DNA of 64,000 bases from an uncultured Gammaproteobacteria bacterium (GTDB lineage: Bacteria > Patescibacteriota > Microgenomatia > Levybacterales > UBA12049). Under the pieces are notes generated by a model. The model worked only from the letters and a program-made list of their open reading frames with translations. It searched no databases and was not told the origin of the DNA. Positions 47,532 through 58,517 of this stretch are shown here, piece by piece. Location: NCBI GenBank assembly GCA_964553245.1, contig CAZKJM010000001.1, positions 209,806-273,805 of the forward strand, in the 5' to 3' direction. The position numbers and the translations under genes are program-made. Position 1 is the stretch's first letter. Every line of letters begins with the position of its first letter.

Positions 47532-48668
47532 TTAAATATGAATACCTAAACGTGTCAATAATATATCTATTTTTTTATGAAGATCGTCTAAGTCATTACT
47601 GTTATTTTCAATTAAGTAATCTGCAATACTTATTGGTCCTCCCTTGTTTAATTTTTCCAATTCCGTAATATCTCTTGTTCTTGAGTCATTCAAAGAAACA
47701 GGTCTTACTATTCTTCTACTTAACCTTTCGTAACGCTTTTGAGGCTCAGCATAAATATGAACCAAGATTAAATTGGGAAATTTCTTTTTAAGAAATGTAT
47801 ATTCTTCCCATGAATATAAACCATCAATAACTATAATGCTGTTGTTTTTTATTAGCTTATTAAGTTCCGGCTCCGCCTTAATTGCATAAGCTCCCATTCC
47901 TAATTCCTGTCTTATTTTTTCCCTAAACATTCTTTCGTTATCAGGATTTATAGAAAGACCCATTTCTTTTAAGCCCTTGTCCGTAATTTCGCCAAATCTT
48001 ACAAACGGTATGCCTTTTTCTTCGAGATAACCTCTTGCCTCACTTTTTCCTGCTCCAGGCATACCAACTAAAGCCAATATGTAATTATCATATTCTCCTT
48101 CCTTAATTACCGAATCTTTTGGCATTATCCTCTTCAATTCTTCCAACATTTCTTTGTTGATGGTACCTATAGAAGTTTCTCCGTTAACCTCTGTTAATAT
48201 TCCTTTTTCTTTATAATGATCAATTACAGGCTGGGTTGTTTTGTGAAATAGCTGAATCCTTTTTCTGATTGCTTTTAAAGTATCGTCTTCTCTTCCATCA
48301 TTTCCATTCCTGTAAGATAATCTCCATAAAGCATCTTTATCCGATACTCTAAGATAAAAAACTTTATCTATATTTTCCTTAAGCTCTTTTGCCTGTTTTA
48401 ACGTTCTTGGAAAACCATCCAGTATGTAACCATTTTTATATTCCGGTCTTGATAAATATTCACTGACTATTTTAAGAGTTTTTTCATCCGGTACAAGATA
48501 TCCTGTATTAATTATTTCTTTTATATATCTTCCAATATTTGTTTTTTCTCTTGCTAAGATACGAAATATGTGCCCCGTGGATAAATAAGGAATTCCTAAT
48601 TTTTTAGAAAGTAAATTACCTTGAGTTGATTTACCAGCTCCTTGAATTCCTATTAAAATTATTTTCAT
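47532..48668 (-). CDS. adk: adenylate kinase (short-LID form) fused to a second P-loop nucleotide/nucleoside kinase-like domain
   Basis: N-terminal [10 protein letters not shown]...DGFPRT (Adk). Second Walker [11 protein letters not shown] at about residue 200, then [19 protein letters not shown], resembling archaeal-type cytidylate/dNMP kinase folds. Confidence 0.75.
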   Translation of the reverse strand: MKIILIGIQGAGKSTQGNLLSKKLGIPYLSTGHIFRILAREKTNIGRYIKEIINTGYLVPDEKTLKIVSEYLSRPEYKNGYILDGFPRTLKQAKELKENIDKVFYLRVSDKDALWRLSYRNGNDGREDDTLKAIRKRIQLFHKTTQPVIDHYKEKGILTEVNGETSIGTINKEMLEELKRIMPKDSVIKEGEYDNYILALVGMPGAGKSEARGYLEEKGIPFVRFGEITDKGLKEMGLSINPDNERMFREKIRQELGMGAYAIKAEPELNKLIKNNSIIVIDGLYSWEEYTFLKKKFPNLILVHIYAEPQKRYERLSRRIVRPVSLNDSRTRDITELEKLNKGGPISIADYLIENNSNDLDDLHKKIDILLTRLGIHI

Positions 48669-49951
48669 TTCTTAAATCCTTCGTAGTTTCGCATTACAAG
48701 TTGCGCCTCTATGGTTTTAATTGTTTCTAAAACTACTGAAACAACGATTAATACTCCTGTTCCTCCAAGTGCGATATTTTGAACATTTGTAAAGTATTTT
48801 GCGATTGTTGGAAAAATCGCAATAAAACCAAGAAACAAAGCGCCCGCTAAGGTAATTCTGGTCAAAATATAATTTAAGTAGCCTGCTGTTGGACTACCCG
48901 GTCTTATCCCGGGAATAAATCCTCCGTATTTCTGAATTTCTTCAGCAATTTTTTTAGGATTAAATACAACAGCTGTGTAAAAATAAGTAAATCCTACGAC
49001 TAAAATAAAATAGATTAAATTATAAAATATTCCATCGGGATTAAACCAGACCGTAATAAAAGTTGCCAGTCCGCTTAAAAAAGCATTCTTAGAAACAGAC
49101 AAATAATTACCTATTAATGAAGGGAGTAAAACCAAGGAAACAGCAAAAATAATTGGTATTACACCTGCTTGATTTAACCTTAAAGGAAGATGTGTTGATT
49201 GACCACCATACATTTTGTTACCTCTTACTCTCTTTGCATAATAAACAGTAATTTGTCTTGTTGCCTCGTTTATTGTAACTATAGATGCTATAACAAAAAT
49301 TCCCATTGCTATAAAAACAAATAAATTGGTAATGTTTTGAGCATTTGCGGTAGACATTGTTTGCCCAAACATAACAGGAACCCGGCTAACAATTCCTGCA
49401 AAAATTAAAAGAGAAATTCCATTACCGACACCTTTTTCCGAAATTAATTCACCAAGCCAAACCAAAAGCATTGTTCCCGCAGTCATTGTTAAAACAAAAG
49501 CTACTACGCTAACCGGAGCTACTGTGGTAATGATTCCCTGATTTTTCAAAAGCGCATACATTCCTATTGCCTGAAGAACTGCAAGTGGAACAGAAAGGAT
49601 TCTCGTGTATTGATTAATTTTCTGCCGTCCAGCTTCTCCCTCTTTTTGTAATTGTTCAATTTTGGGAAATACAATACCTAATAATTGGAAAATTATTGAG
49701 GCGTTAATATATGGATTAAGACCAAGTGCCATTATGGAAAAGTTAGCCAGTGTTCCACCCGAAAAAATATCCAGCAATCCTAAAAATTGATTTTGGGAAA
49801 AAAGTACTTTAAGTTGCCCAAGATTTACTCCCGAAACCGGGATATGGGCAAATAATCTGAAGACTACAAAAATAATAGCTGTAAACAGAAGCTTTCTCTT
49901 AACTTCCGGTGACTTAATACTGTTTTTAAAAACAGCTAAGATATTATTCAT
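48665..49951 (-). CDS. secY: preprotein translocase SecY
   Basis: 428 aa, 10 TM helices, conserved SecY motifs. Confidence 0.95.
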   Translation of the reverse strand: MNNILAVFKNSIKSPEVKRKLLFTAIIFVVFRLFAHIPVSGVNLGQLKVLFSQNQFLGLLDIFSGGTLANFSIMALGLNPYINASIIFQLLGIVFPKIEQLQKEGEAGRQKINQYTRILSVPLAVLQAIGMYALLKNQGIITTVAPVSVVAFVLTMTAGTMLLVWLGELISEKGVGNGISLLIFAGIVSRVPVMFGQTMSTANAQNITNLFVFIAMGIFVIASIVTINEATRQITVYYAKRVRGNKMYGGQSTHLPLRLNQAGVIPIIFAVSLVLLPSLIGNYLSVSKNAFLSGLATFITVWFNPDGIFYNLIYFILVVGFTYFYTAVVFNPKKIAEEIQKYGGFIPGIRPGSPTAGYLNYILTRITLAGALFLGFIAIFPTIAKYFTNVQNIALGGTGVLIVVSVVLETIKTIEAQLVMRNYEGFKK

Positions 49952-49953
49952 TA

Positions 49954-50391
49954 TTAAACTTCTATTGTTCCACCTGCTTTTTCAATTTTTTCTTTTGCCG
50001 ATTTAGAAACCGGTAACTTTATTTTTAGCGATACTTTTAAATCTCCATTTGCCAGAACTTTTACCCCTCTTTTTAAAGCATCTTTCTGGACAATTTTATT
50101 ATCTATCAATGCTTTTAAATCAACAATGCTATCTTTTTTAAGACTATTTAACTTGTCGAGATTTACAGGAACTGCTTTATTCCTAAATGAAACGTTTTTT
50201 CCTTTTCCCCTTAAAAAAGGCATTCTTTTAATAAGAGGCAAAGCTCCTCCTTCAAATCTGATTGGAATATCATACCTTGCTTTTTGACCTTTTGTTCCTC
50301 TTCCGGATGTCTTAACGCGACCAGAACCATGTCCCTGTCCAAGTCTTTTTTGTGTTCTTTTTGTAGTTTTTATTAATTTATTTAGTTTCAT
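49954..50391 (-). CDS. rplO: 50S ribosomal protein L15
   Basis: L15 core [18 protein letters not shown]. Confidence 0.95.
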   Translation of the reverse strand: MKLNKLIKTTKRTQKRLGQGHGSGRVKTSGRGTKGQKARYDIPIRFEGGALPLIKRMPFLRGKGKNVSFRNKAVPVNLDKLNSLKKDSIVDLKALIDNKIVQKDALKRGVKVLANGDLKVSLKIKLPVSKSAKEKIEKAGGTIEV

Positions 50392-50893
50392 TTTTACCTT
50401 TCTTAATTAATTTTTCGCGATTGAATCTTTGAGAAAGCCTACTAAGAGCTTCCATGGTTGCATAAACATTACTTGCTTGATTTTTTGTTCCTAAAACTTT
50501 AGATGAAATATTTTCTATTCCCGCTAAAGAAACTACACTTCTTACTGCTCCTCCTGCGATTACTCCACTTCCCTGAGGGGCTGGTTTTAACAATAACTTT
50601 GCTGCTCCAAGTTTTATATAAACCTCAAACGGAATTGTCCCATTTATAATTGGTATTTCTACTGCATGTTTTTTTGCTATCGAAACTCCTTTTTTAATAG
50701 CTGCGGAAACATCCGGAGCTTTACCAAGCCCTACTCCTACTTTTCCATTTTTATTACCAACTACGATTAAAACCGAAAATCCAATTTTATTTCCACCCTT
50801 AGTTTTTTTAGAAACCCTGTTAACCTGAACTATTTCTTCTTTAAATTCATCTCTTGCCTGATTTTTTTCCATAGTTTCCAAACTTTTATCCAT
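50378..50893 (-). CDS. rpsE: 30S ribosomal protein S5 (directly followed by L15; no L30 gene)
   Basis: S5 dsRBD and C-terminal domain; 14-nt overlap with rplO. Confidence 0.95.
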   Translation of the reverse strand: MDKSLETMEKNQARDEFKEEIVQVNRVSKKTKGGNKIGFSVLIVVGNKNGKVGVGLGKAPDVSAAIKKGVSIAKKHAVEIPIINGTIPFEVYIKLGAAKLLLKPAPQGSGVIAGGAVRSVVSLAGIENISSKVLGTKNQASNVYATMEALSRLSQRFNREKLIKKGKNETK

Positions 50894-51216
50894 TAAAATT
50901 CTAGACCTCCTTCTCTTGCGCCTTTTGCAAATGACATAACTCTTCCATGATAAGCATAATTACCTCTATCAAAGGTCACTTTTTTAATTTTTTTAGCTAT
51001 AGCTTTTTTTGCTAATAATTCTCCTGTTTTTTTTGCTCTCTCTGTTTTATTTAGCTTTTCGTTTTGTTTTTCTTCCGAAACAGAAACCAATGTTTTACCT
51101 TTTACATCATCAATTATTTGCGCACAAATATATTTATTTGATCTAAACACCGATAATCTTGGTCTTTCTGAATTTTTCTTAAGCCTTGATCTTGTCCTTA
51201 ATTGTTTTTTATTCAT
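50893..51216 (-). CDS. rplR: 50S ribosomal protein L18
   Basis: L18 core. Confidence 0.9.
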   Translation of the reverse strand: MNKKQLRTRSRLKKNSERPRLSVFRSNKYICAQIIDDVKGKTLVSVSEEKQNEKLNKTERAKKTGELLAKKAIAKKIKKVTFDRGNYAYHGRVMSFAKGAREGGLEF

Positions 51217-51218
51217 TT

Positions 51219-51770
51219 TTATTTTCCTCCAACTGCCTTTGCTGCTTTTCCGGCTTTTCTTCTAATTTTTTCTCCCTGATATTTTATCCCTTTTCCCTTG
51301 TACGGCTCCGGCGGTCTAATGGATCTTATCTTAGACGCCATATCCCCAACTAAAACTTTATTAATACCAGAAACCGTTATTACATTATCCGAAACACTAA
51401 AAATAATTTCCTCCGGTCCTTTTATAACAACTGGATGAGAAAATCCCAAAGACAATGTTAAAGAATTTCCTGATGCTTGAGCTCTGTATCCAACTCCCGA
51501 TAGTTCCAGTTTTTTTTCAAACCCTACCGTTACTCCTTTTATCATATTTGCAATATTTGCCCTTACTAAACCTGATAAAGCTCTTTCTTTTCTGTCTTTT
51601 TCGTTTTTCTGTGAAATTAAAACTTTATTTTCTTCCATCTTAACAAGAATACCTTCCGGGATAGAATATGACATATTTCCTTTTGGTCCGTTTATTTCTA
51701 CGTCTTTACTATTTACAACAACTGTTGCGCCCTCTTTTATTTCAACCGGAATTTTAGCTATTTTTGACAT
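51219..51770 (-). CDS. rplF: 50S ribosomal protein L6
   Basis: Two-domain L6 fold. Confidence 0.95.
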   Translation of the reverse strand: MSKIAKIPVEIKEGATVVVNSKDVEINGPKGNMSYSIPEGILVKMEENKVLISQKNEKDRKERALSGLVRANIANMIKGVTVGFEKKLELSGVGYRAQASGNSLTLSLGFSHPVVIKGPEEIIFSVSDNVITVSGINKVLVGDMASKIRSIRPPEPYKGKGIKYQGEKIRRKAGKAAKAVGGK

Positions 51771-51782
51771 ATTTTATACTTT

Positions 51783-52175
51783 TTACCAAATGGCAAATAG
51801 TATTTCCCCTCCAATCTTTTTTTTAATTGCATCTTTACCAGTTGTTACCCCTTGGCTTGTTGAAACAACTACTGTTCTTTTTCCTCTTTTTTCTATTTCT
51901 AGAATTTCTTTAGCTGATCCATAAACTCTTAAAGATGGTTTCGATATTACTTCCACGTCAATTAAAACAGGTAATCTTTTTTCGTATTTCACAATCGCCT
52001 TTAATTCTTTTTTCCCTTCTGCTTCTGTTTCTTTTATACTTTCCAAATATCCTTGCTTTACCAAGACTTTTCCAATTTCCTTGTTGATTTTTGAATAGGG
52101 AAGTATAACCTCTTTTCTCCTTGCTAAGGTTGCATTTTTAATTCTAATAATAAAATCTGATACTTTATGATTCAT
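51783..52175 (-). CDS. rpsH: 30S ribosomal protein S8
   Basis: S8 core. Confidence 0.95.
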   Translation of the reverse strand: MNHKVSDFIIRIKNATLARRKEVILPYSKINKEIGKVLVKQGYLESIKETEAEGKKELKAIVKYEKRLPVLIDVEVISKPSLRVYGSAKEILEIEKRGKRTVVVSTSQGVTTGKDAIKKKIGGEILFAIW

Positions 52176-52179
52176 ACTT

Positions 52180-52365
52180 TTACCAACTTGCCTTTACTAC
52201 TCCAGGCAATTGACCCTTGGATGCTAATTCCCTAAAGCAAATTCTACAAATTCCAAATTTTCTCATATATGCTCTTGATCTACCACAAATATTACACCTG
52301 TTTTTTTGTCTTACAGTATATTTTTGTTTTTTATTAAATTTTACTACGTCAGATGTTTTAGCCAT
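52180..52365 (-). CDS. rpsZ: 30S ribosomal protein S14 type Z (zinc-binding)
   Basis: 61 aa; [10 protein letters not shown]...CRICFREL. Confidence 0.95.
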   Translation of the reverse strand: MAKTSDVVKFNKKQKYTVRQKNRCNICGRSRAYMRKFGICRICFRELASKGQLPGVVKASW

Positions 52366-52907
52366 TATTTCTTTCTAAAAGGCATTCCTAACAATGCCAA
52401 TAGTTCTTCTCCTTCTGAATTATTTTTTGCTGTCGTAACAATAGTTATTTCCAGACCCTGAACTTTTTCTATTTTTGCCGGGTCGATTTCCGGAAAAACA
52501 GTGCTCTCAGAAAAACCTAAATTGTAATTTCCGTGTCCGTCAAAATTATCTTTTTTTAATCCGTGAAAATCTCTAATTCTTGGTAAAACAATTTTAATTA
52601 ATTTTTCGTAAAAATCATACATTCTTTTTCCTCTTAATGTCACCATTGCACCTATTTCTTCTCCCTCTCTTAGTTTAAAAGAGGAAATTGATTTCTTTGC
52701 CTTATTTATTCTCGGTTTTTGCCCTGCGATTTGGGTTAAAACCACTATTGCCCGTTCTGTGTTTTTTTTATCTAAAACCGCATCTCTTATTCCCATATTT
52801 AAAACAATTTTTGCTAACTTTGGTACTGCATTAACATTTTTAATACCAAGTTTTTGTTTTAATTCTTTTATAATCTCTTTTTTAAATTTTTCTTCTAAAT
52901 TACTCAT
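52365..52907 (-). CDS. rplE: 50S ribosomal protein L5
   Basis: Start revised to MSNLEE at 52907, giving the canonical ATGA overlap with the rplX stop; the track start 52931 would overlap rplX by 27 nt. Confidence 0.9.
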   Translation of the reverse strand: MSNLEEKFKKEIIKELKQKLGIKNVNAVPKLAKIVLNMGIRDAVLDKKNTERAIVVLTQIAGQKPRINKAKKSISSFKLREGEEIGAMVTLRGKRMYDFYEKLIKIVLPRIRDFHGLKKDNFDGHGNYNLGFSESTVFPEIDPAKIEKVQGLEITIVTTAKNNSEGEELLALLGMPFRKK

Positions 52908-53227
52908 ATTTCTGCATTGCATTTTTTGCAAACTCTTGTCTTACTGTTTTTTTCGATTTTAAAACCAACTCTTGTTGTCTTTTTGCATTTTGGACAAACT
53001 ATTATAACATTTGTTATCGGCAAGGGTTTGGTTATTGTTATTATTTCCGATGGCTGACTTTGCGACCTTGCCTTTAAATGCCTTTTGTAAAGATTGACAC
53101 CGGAGACAAGAACTTTATTTTTCCTAGAAAACACTTTTTCTACTTTTCCTTTTTTACCATTATCTTTTCCAGAAACAACCATTACCTCGTCACCTTTTTT
53201 TATCTTTTTAATTTTTAAGTTATTCAT
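52904..53227 (-). CDS. rplX: 50S ribosomal protein L24 with C-terminal CxxC...CxxC zinc-ribbon
   Basis: KOW motif MVVSGKDNGKKGKV; C-terminal [30 protein letters not shown]. Confidence 0.9.
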   Translation of the reverse strand: MNNLKIKKIKKGDEVMVVSGKDNGKKGKVEKVFSRKNKVLVSGVNLYKRHLKARSQSQPSEIITITKPLPITNVIIVCPKCKKTTRVGFKIEKNSKTRVCKKCNAEI

Positions 53228-53228
53228 A

Positions 53229-53603
53229 TTAAACTACCTCAATTGCCATACTGGCTATTTTTATAAAACCCTTATCTCTTATTTCTCTTGCCACAGGACC
53301 AAAAATTCTTGTTCCTTTAGGATTTTTATCTTTTACATTATCTATTAATACTCCTGCATTATCCGAAAACTTTATATACGAACCGTCTTTTCTTTTGTGT
53401 TCTTTTCTTGCTCTTACTAAAACAACTTTTACCATTTCGCTCTCTTTTACCTGACCATTTGGAGTTGCTGATTTTACAACACAATTTAAAAGATCACCAA
53501 GGTGTCCAAATTTCCTTTTTGAACCACCGTATATATGAATAACCATTAATGATTTTGCGCCTGAATTATCTGCAACGTTTAAAATAGATCTGTGTTGAAT
53601 CAT
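53229..53603 (-). CDS. rplN: 50S ribosomal protein L14
   Basis: [17 protein letters not shown] start. Confidence 0.95.
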   Translation of the reverse strand: MIQHRSILNVADNSGAKSLMVIHIYGGSKRKFGHLGDLLNCVVKSATPNGQVKESEMVKVVLVRARKEHKRKDGSYIKFSDNAGVLIDNVKDKNPKGTRIFGPVAREIRDKGFIKIASMAIEVV

Positions 53604-53833
53604 TTAATAACCTCCATAACTTTAAAATGCTTTGTTTTAGAAATCGGTTTTACTTCTACTATCTTTACCTTATCTCCAAGTTTTAACCCCAGACCATTAA
53701 TATCCGCTTTTAATTTTTTACTTCGCTTAAGTAATTTTTTATAAAGCTTGTGCGGAACGCGTCTCACAATTTCTACAACTACTGTATTATTCATTTTTAA
53801 AGAGACTACTGTTCCTTCAAATGTTTTTTGCAT
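53600..53833 (-). CDS. rpsQ: 30S ribosomal protein S17
   Basis: S17 OB-fold. Confidence 0.9.
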   Translation of the reverse strand: MQKTFEGTVVSLKMNNTVVVEIVRRVPHKLYKKLLKRSKKLKADINGLGLKLGDKVKIVEVKPISKTKHFKVMEVIK

Positions 53834-54032
53834 CTTTAGCTCTCCTTTCTTGCATTGCTGTTAAAATCTTTGCAACTTCCTTTCTTTTTAAAAATATTGA
53901 TCTTAAATTTTTAAGCTTATTCTGAGCTTTTTCAAGCTTTAAATTAAACAAAGCTTCTTTTGCTTCATTCAACAAAGCTTCTAGCTCTTTTTCTGTTTTT
54001 TTTACTAATTCTTTTTTATCTTTTGTTTTCAT
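53817..54032 (-). CDS. rpmC: 50S ribosomal protein L29
   Basis: 71 aa helical protein in the canonical position. Confidence 0.85.
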   Translation of the reverse strand: MKTKDKKELVKKTEKELEALLNEAKEALFNLKLEKAQNKLKNLRSIFLKRKEVAKILTAMQERRAKDAKNI

Positions 54033-54033
54033 A

Positions 54034-54447
54034 CTATTTTATTTCTTTTTCCACTATTCTTGTTTTTATTGGCAGTTTATGAGATGCGAGCCTTAACGCC
54101 TGAAAAGCAACATCTTTTGTTACTCCTCCCATTTCAAAAAGCATTCTTCCTGTCCTTACCGGCGCTACAAATTCATTAACATCACCTTTTCCACTTCCCA
54201 TTCTGGTCTCTGCAGGTTTTTTTGTAACCGGCTTGTCTGGAAAAATTCTAATCCAAATTCTCCCTCCCCTTTGGGTATAATGAGTTATGGCTCTTCTTGC
54301 AGATTCTATTTGGCGCGCAGATATCCACCCTGAACCTTCCGCAATTATACCGTATTCACCAAAAGAAAGCCTAGTGCCTCTAAAAGCTATCCCTTTTAAT
54401 CTTCCTCTTTGCTGTTTTCTGTATTTTGCTCTTCTTGGTACTAACAT
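54034..54447 (-). CDS. rplP: 50S ribosomal protein L16
   Basis: [16 protein letters not shown] start. Confidence 0.95.
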   Translation of the reverse strand: MLVPRRAKYRKQQRGRLKGIAFRGTRLSFGEYGIIAEGSGWISARQIESARRAITHYTQRGGRIWIRIFPDKPVTKKPAETRMGSGKGDVNEFVAPVRTGRMLFEMGGVTKDVAFQALRLASHKLPIKTRIVEKEIK

Positions 54448-54449
54448 AA

Positions 54450-55130
54450 TTATTTTTTAGGTTTGTTTATCCAAACTTTAATTCCAATATAACCTTTTTT
54501 TGTTAATGAAGGAACAGATGCAAAGTCTATATTTTCCCTAATTGTAGACAACGGTACTGTTCCTTTCTGTAATTTTTCCCTTCTTCCTATTTCTGCACCT
54601 GCAATTCTTCCCGAAAGAAGAATTCTTACTCCTTTTGCGCCTGCTCCCATTACTCTTTCTACCGACTGAACCATTACTCTTCTATGGGGAAGTCTTCTGG
54701 CAAGTTGATCAGATATGTTTTTTGCAACTAAATATGCATCTAAATTTGGTTCTTTAATCGGCTCTACGTCAATTCTTATATCAAGTTTCTGTGTTTTTTT
54801 TACTTTTTTTCCGGCTATAAGCATTTTATGAAGAAATGTTTTAATTTCCTCTAACCCAGATCCCGATCTCCCAATAACCATACCTGGTTTCGAAACATAT
54901 ATTATTAGCCTAATACTGTTTATTGAGCGTTCAATTTCTATATCGGAAACACCTGCATTTTTTAATTTTTCTAATAATGCTTTTCTAATATTAAAGTCCT
55001 CAAGCAAGGTTTCTTTATAGTTTTTATCACTATACCATCTACTACTCCAAGTCAAAACCGGTCCGATTCTTAATAACTTTGGATTAATTTTTTGTCCCAT
55101 ATTTTTATTTAGCCTCCTTAACTTTAGCAA
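54450..55130 (-). CDS. rpsC: 30S ribosomal protein S3
   Basis: KH domain and S3 C-terminal domain; GQKINP start. Confidence 0.95.
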   Translation of the reverse strand: MLKLRRLNKNMGQKINPKLLRIGPVLTWSSRWYSDKNYKETLLEDFNIRKALLEKLKNAGVSDIEIERSINSIRLIIYVSKPGMVIGRSGSGLEEIKTFLHKMLIAGKKVKKTQKLDIRIDVEPIKEPNLDAYLVAKNISDQLARRLPHRRVMVQSVERVMGAGAKGVRILLSGRIAGAEIGRREKLQKGTVPLSTIRENIDFASVPSLTKKGYIGIKVWINKPKK

Positions 55131-55467
55131 TAGAAAGTTTATCCTCCAATACTACTTTAATATTGCTTGTTCTTTTTTTATAGGGATGAACCCTTCCTCT
55201 TGTTGAAGGCCTAAATCTTTTATAGGCAGGACCCTCCGAAATCTCAATCCCTTTTATTACTAGTTTTTCCTCGTCTAATTTTGCGTTGTTTTTAGCGTTT
55301 GCTAAAGCGCTTTTTAAAGTTTTACTTAAAACAACCGCTCCTCTTTTTTTAATAACAGAAAGAGCATTTAAAGCATCTTTTAAAGACAGCTTCCTAACCG
55401 CATCCGCAACTAATCTTACTTTCCTTGGGCTTACTTTTACTGATTTACTAAATGCTATTACTTCCAT
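55105..55467 (-). CDS. rplV: 50S ribosomal protein L22
   Basis: L22 core. Confidence 0.9.
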   Translation of the reverse strand: MEVIAFSKSVKVSPRKVRLVADAVRKLSLKDALNALSVIKKRGAVVLSKTLKSALANAKNNAKLDEEKLVIKGIEISEGPAYKRFRPSTRGRVHPYKKRTSNIKVVLEDKLSIAKVKEAK

Positions 55468-55471
55468 ATTT

Positions 55472-55756
55472 TTATGTCTTAGAAATTTCTCTTGCTACTA
55501 TTCTTCCATGACTTCTAAACGTTCTAGTTGGAGAAAATTCTCCAAGTCTATAACCAACCATACCTTCTTGTATAAAAACATTAATAAAAACTCTTCCGTT
55601 ATGAACAGCAAGTGTATGACCAACAAATTCAGGCGGTATTTGACTTGCCCTTGCCCATGTTTTTATAGGAGACTTATCTCCAGATTGCTTTTGTTTTAAA
55701 ACTTTTTTTAAAAGTTTTTGATCTATGTATGGTCCTTTTTTTGAACTTCTTGACAT
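55472..55756 (-). CDS. rpsS: 30S ribosomal protein S19
   Basis: [10 protein letters not shown]...[10 protein letters not shown]. Confidence 0.95.
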   Translation of the reverse strand: MSRSSKKGPYIDQKLLKKVLKQKQSGDKSPIKTWARASQIPPEFVGHTLAVHNGRVFINVFIQEGMVGYRLGEFSPTRTFRSHGRIVAREISKT

Positions 55757-55759
55757 ATT

Positions 55760-56500
55760 TTATTTCTTTCTCCTTTGTAAAATATACTTATTCGAATATT
55801 TCTTTGGTCTTCTTGTTTTTCCAACAGCTTTTCTTCCAGCATAGGTTTTCGGCGATTTTAAACCTATTCCACTTCTTCCTTCTCCTCCTCCGTGTGGATG
55901 AGATCTTGGATTTTGAGCAATACCTCTAACAGTTGGTCTTATTCCCATATGAATTTTTCTTCCTGCTTTTCCTATTACTCTGTTTTTCCAATCAACGTTT
56001 CCTAAGTTTCCAACTGTTGCAAAACAGTTTTTTCTTATTTTTCTAACTTCTCCCGAAGGAAGTTTAATGTGAACATATTCTCCTTCTTTTGCCTGAATTG
56101 TTCCTCCCGTTCCACTTCCCCTGGCAATTTGCCCTCCCTTTCCTGGCGTGAGCTCAATATTATGAACTACTGTTCCTACCGGCAAAGAAAAAAGCGGACC
56201 CGAATTTCCAACTTTTGGATCTACATCTTCTCCTGAAATAACTTTACCCTTAAGCTTTAATCCTTCTGGGCAAAGAATATATCTCTTTTCGCCGTCTGCA
56301 TATTGTATCAAAGCTATGTCACAAGATCTATTAGGATCATATTCTATAGCAATAACTTTTCCGACAACATTTCTTTTATCTCTTTTAAAATCAATAACTC
56401 TAATATAGCGCTTATGCTCTTTCCCTTGATGCCTAACAACAACCTTTCCAGATGAATTCCTGCCTGATCTTTTCTTTTTAATAAATTTTAACTTAGCCAT
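55760..56500 (-). CDS. rplB: 50S ribosomal protein L2
   Basis: Start revised to MAKLKF at 56500, adjacent to the rplW stop at 56502-56504; C-terminal GGGEGRSGIG. Confidence 0.9.
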   Translation of the reverse strand: MAKLKFIKKKRSGRNSSGKVVVRHQGKEHKRYIRVIDFKRDKRNVVGKVIAIEYDPNRSCDIALIQYADGEKRYILCPEGLKLKGKVISGEDVDPKVGNSGPLFSLPVGTVVHNIELTPGKGGQIARGSGTGGTIQAKEGEYVHIKLPSGEVRKIRKNCFATVGNLGNVDWKNRVIGKAGRKIHMGIRPTVRGIAQNPRSHPHGGGEGRSGIGLKSPKTYAGRKAVGKTRRPKKYSNKYILQRRKK

Positions 56501-56501
56501 A

Positions 56502-56795
56502 TTATTGCCCTGCTTCAAACAAATCAATTTTTTGTCCCTTTTTTAACTCAACTGTTGCCTTTTTCCAGTTTGCCATTTTTACTTCTGTTCTTCTTTTTCC
56601 GAATCTTTTTGATTTTCCTTTTACATTGGAAATCATTATTCTTATTACATTAACTTTGAATTTCTTTTCTACTGTTTTTTTTATCTGGTTTTTACTCGCA
56701 TTTTTATTTACTTTAAAAGTAAATTTACTTTTAGCAACGTTATCCATTGATTTTTCTGTAATCATCGGCGAGATTATTGTATTTGTATAATCCAT
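56502..56795 (-). CDS. rplW: 50S ribosomal protein L23
   Basis: L23 core. Confidence 0.9.
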   Translation of the reverse strand: MDYTNTIISPMITEKSMDNVAKSKFTFKVNKNASKNQIKKTVEKKFKVNVIRIMISNVKGKSKRFGKRRTEVKMANWKKATVELKKGQKIDLFEAGQ

Positions 56796-56796
56796 A

Positions 56797-57594
56797 TTAT
56801 TTTCCTTCTTTCTTTAAAAATGTTTTTTCTAAAGTCTCTATTGCGTTTTTTTCGAAAAGTAATATCTTGTTGTTTAAAGTATCGTATGTATTTAACATAT
56901 TAGCGCTTAAAATATTTACGCCTTTTATATTTCTTGCTGCTTTATAAACATTTTCAAATTTATTTTTAAATTCCGGAATTATTAATAAGATCTTTTTATT
57001 TTTGTTTTCCAGATCTAAATTCTTTATTATTTTTGTCATTTCTTTCGTTTTTGGCTCAACCTTTGACAAGCCTTCTATAAATTTTATTTCCGCATCTTTT
57101 AACTTCATCGTTAATGCGGAAAACAAAGCTGCTTTTTTCATTTTTTTAGTTATTTTTAAAGAAAAATCTCTTGGTTTTGGACCAAAAGCAACTCCTCCAC
57201 CAACCCATATTGGAGCTGATTTCGCTCCATGCCTTGCTCTTCCGGTTCCTTTTTGCTTCCATGCTTTTTTAGTTGTTAAATCCACTTCTCCCCTGGTTTT
57301 TGTTGACGCAGTTCCTTTTCTTTTATTGGCTAAATAAACCCTTACTGCCTGCGCCATTAATCTATCGTTGACTTTTGCCCCAAAGATTTCTTTTGGCAAA
57401 TTTACTTTATTTAAAACTTTTCCAGAAATTCCATAGCAATCAACATTTAAACCGCCCACTGTTTTTACATGTGCTTTTACAACCGGTTTTACTTTTTTTA
57501 TTTCCTTTTTAACTACCTTATTTTTATTTACAGTAGCTTTTACTTTTAACTTTTGTTCGCCAACTGGCGAATTAACTTTTGTATTAACTGGCAT
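56797..57594 (-). CDS. rplD: 50S ribosomal protein L4 with about 50-aa Lys-rich N-terminal extension
   Basis: WKQKGTGRARHG motif. Confidence 0.9.
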   Translation of the reverse strand: MPVNTKVNSPVGEQKLKVKATVNKNKVVKKEIKKVKPVVKAHVKTVGGLNVDCYGISGKVLNKVNLPKEIFGAKVNDRLMAQAVRVYLANKRKGTASTKTRGEVDLTTKKAWKQKGTGRARHGAKSAPIWVGGGVAFGPKPRDFSLKITKKMKKAALFSALTMKLKDAEIKFIEGLSKVEPKTKEMTKIIKNLDLENKNKKILLIIPEFKNKFENVYKAARNIKGVNILSANMLNTYDTLNNKILLFEKNAIETLEKTFLKKEGK

Positions 57595-58468
57595 CTTCTT
57601 GCTTGTCCGCCATAGCTTTAGCGTCGGCGGATACCTCCTCTTTTGTTTCTTCTTTTTCGCTTAATACACTTTTTTCTGCCTCGCTCGAAACCTCTATCTT
57701 TTCCTCTTTCTTATTTTCTTCTTGAACTAATTCTTCCTTAATTTCTTCCTGTCCTTTTTCATCTTTACCTTCTATCTCTTGTTCCTGAACCTCTTCTGTT
57801 TTTATCTCTTCTTTTACTTCTTTATACAAAGGGACAAATTTTTTATTTACTCCTTTTTTTTCTATTTTTACAATGCTATTTATGTGCCCTGGAATTAAAC
57901 CATTAATTAAAACTAATCCATCATCTGTTATTTCTATAATTTCTAAATTCTTAACCGTAACGTTCTCATGACCCATTCTTCCTGCCATTCTTTTTCCTTT
58001 GTAAACTCTTCCAGGGGTTGTTGTTTGACCGATTGATCCGGGCGCTCTTTCTCTATCTGATTGACCGTGCGTTCTTGGTCCTCCTTTAAAATGATGTCTT
58101 TTTACTCCTCCTGCAAAACCTTTTCCTTTGGAAACTCCGGAAACGTCAATTATATCTCCTGCTTCAAAAACATCTTTTGCCAAAACTTCTTTTCCCAATA
58201 TTCCTTCTGAAATATCGCTTACTTTAATCTCACGTAAAAAACGGGGAGCTTTTTCTATCCCCGCTTTTTTTGCATGTTCTTTTTGTGACTTGGATGGTTT
58301 TTTTCTGCTATCAAATCCAAGCTGCAAAGCATTATAACCTTCTTTTTCTGTTGTTTTAACTTGAACTACAATATTTCCTTTTGTTGCAACAGCAGTTAAA
58401 GGAACTCTTGTTCCGTCTTTTAAAAAACCGCTTGACTGATATAATTTTTTTCCAATAATTCCCTGCAT
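57584..58468 (-). CDS. rplC: 50S ribosomal protein L3 with about 90-aa acidic (E/K-rich) C-terminal tail
   Basis: L3 core through about residue 205, then EEIKTEEVQEQEIEGKDEKGQEEIKEEL... low-complexity tail. Confidence 0.9.
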   Translation of the reverse strand: MQGIIGKKLYQSSGFLKDGTRVPLTAVATKGNIVVQVKTTEKEGYNALQLGFDSRKKPSKSQKEHAKKAGIEKAPRFLREIKVSDISEGILGKEVLAKDVFEAGDIIDVSGVSKGKGFAGGVKRHHFKGGPRTHGQSDRERAPGSIGQTTTPGRVYKGKRMAGRMGHENVTVKNLEIIEITDDGLVLINGLIPGHINSIVKIEKKGVNKKFVPLYKEVKEEIKTEEVQEQEIEGKDEKGQEEIKEELVQEENKKEEKIEVSSEAEKSVLSEKEETKEEVSADAKAMADKQEDAS

Positions 58469-58480
58469 ATTTATAACCTC

Positions 58481-58517
58481 TTAAAACAACAAAAAAGCGA
58501 CTACATTCAAGTCGCTT
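58481..58517 (-). terminator. intrinsic terminator/attenuator-like hairpin (AAGCGAC-9-GTCGCTT) plus U-run, 12 nt upstream of the rplC SD
   Basis: Minus strand: GGAAGCGACUUGAAUGUAGUCGCUUUUUUGUUGUUUU, then AAGAGG SD and ATG. Confidence 0.55.
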
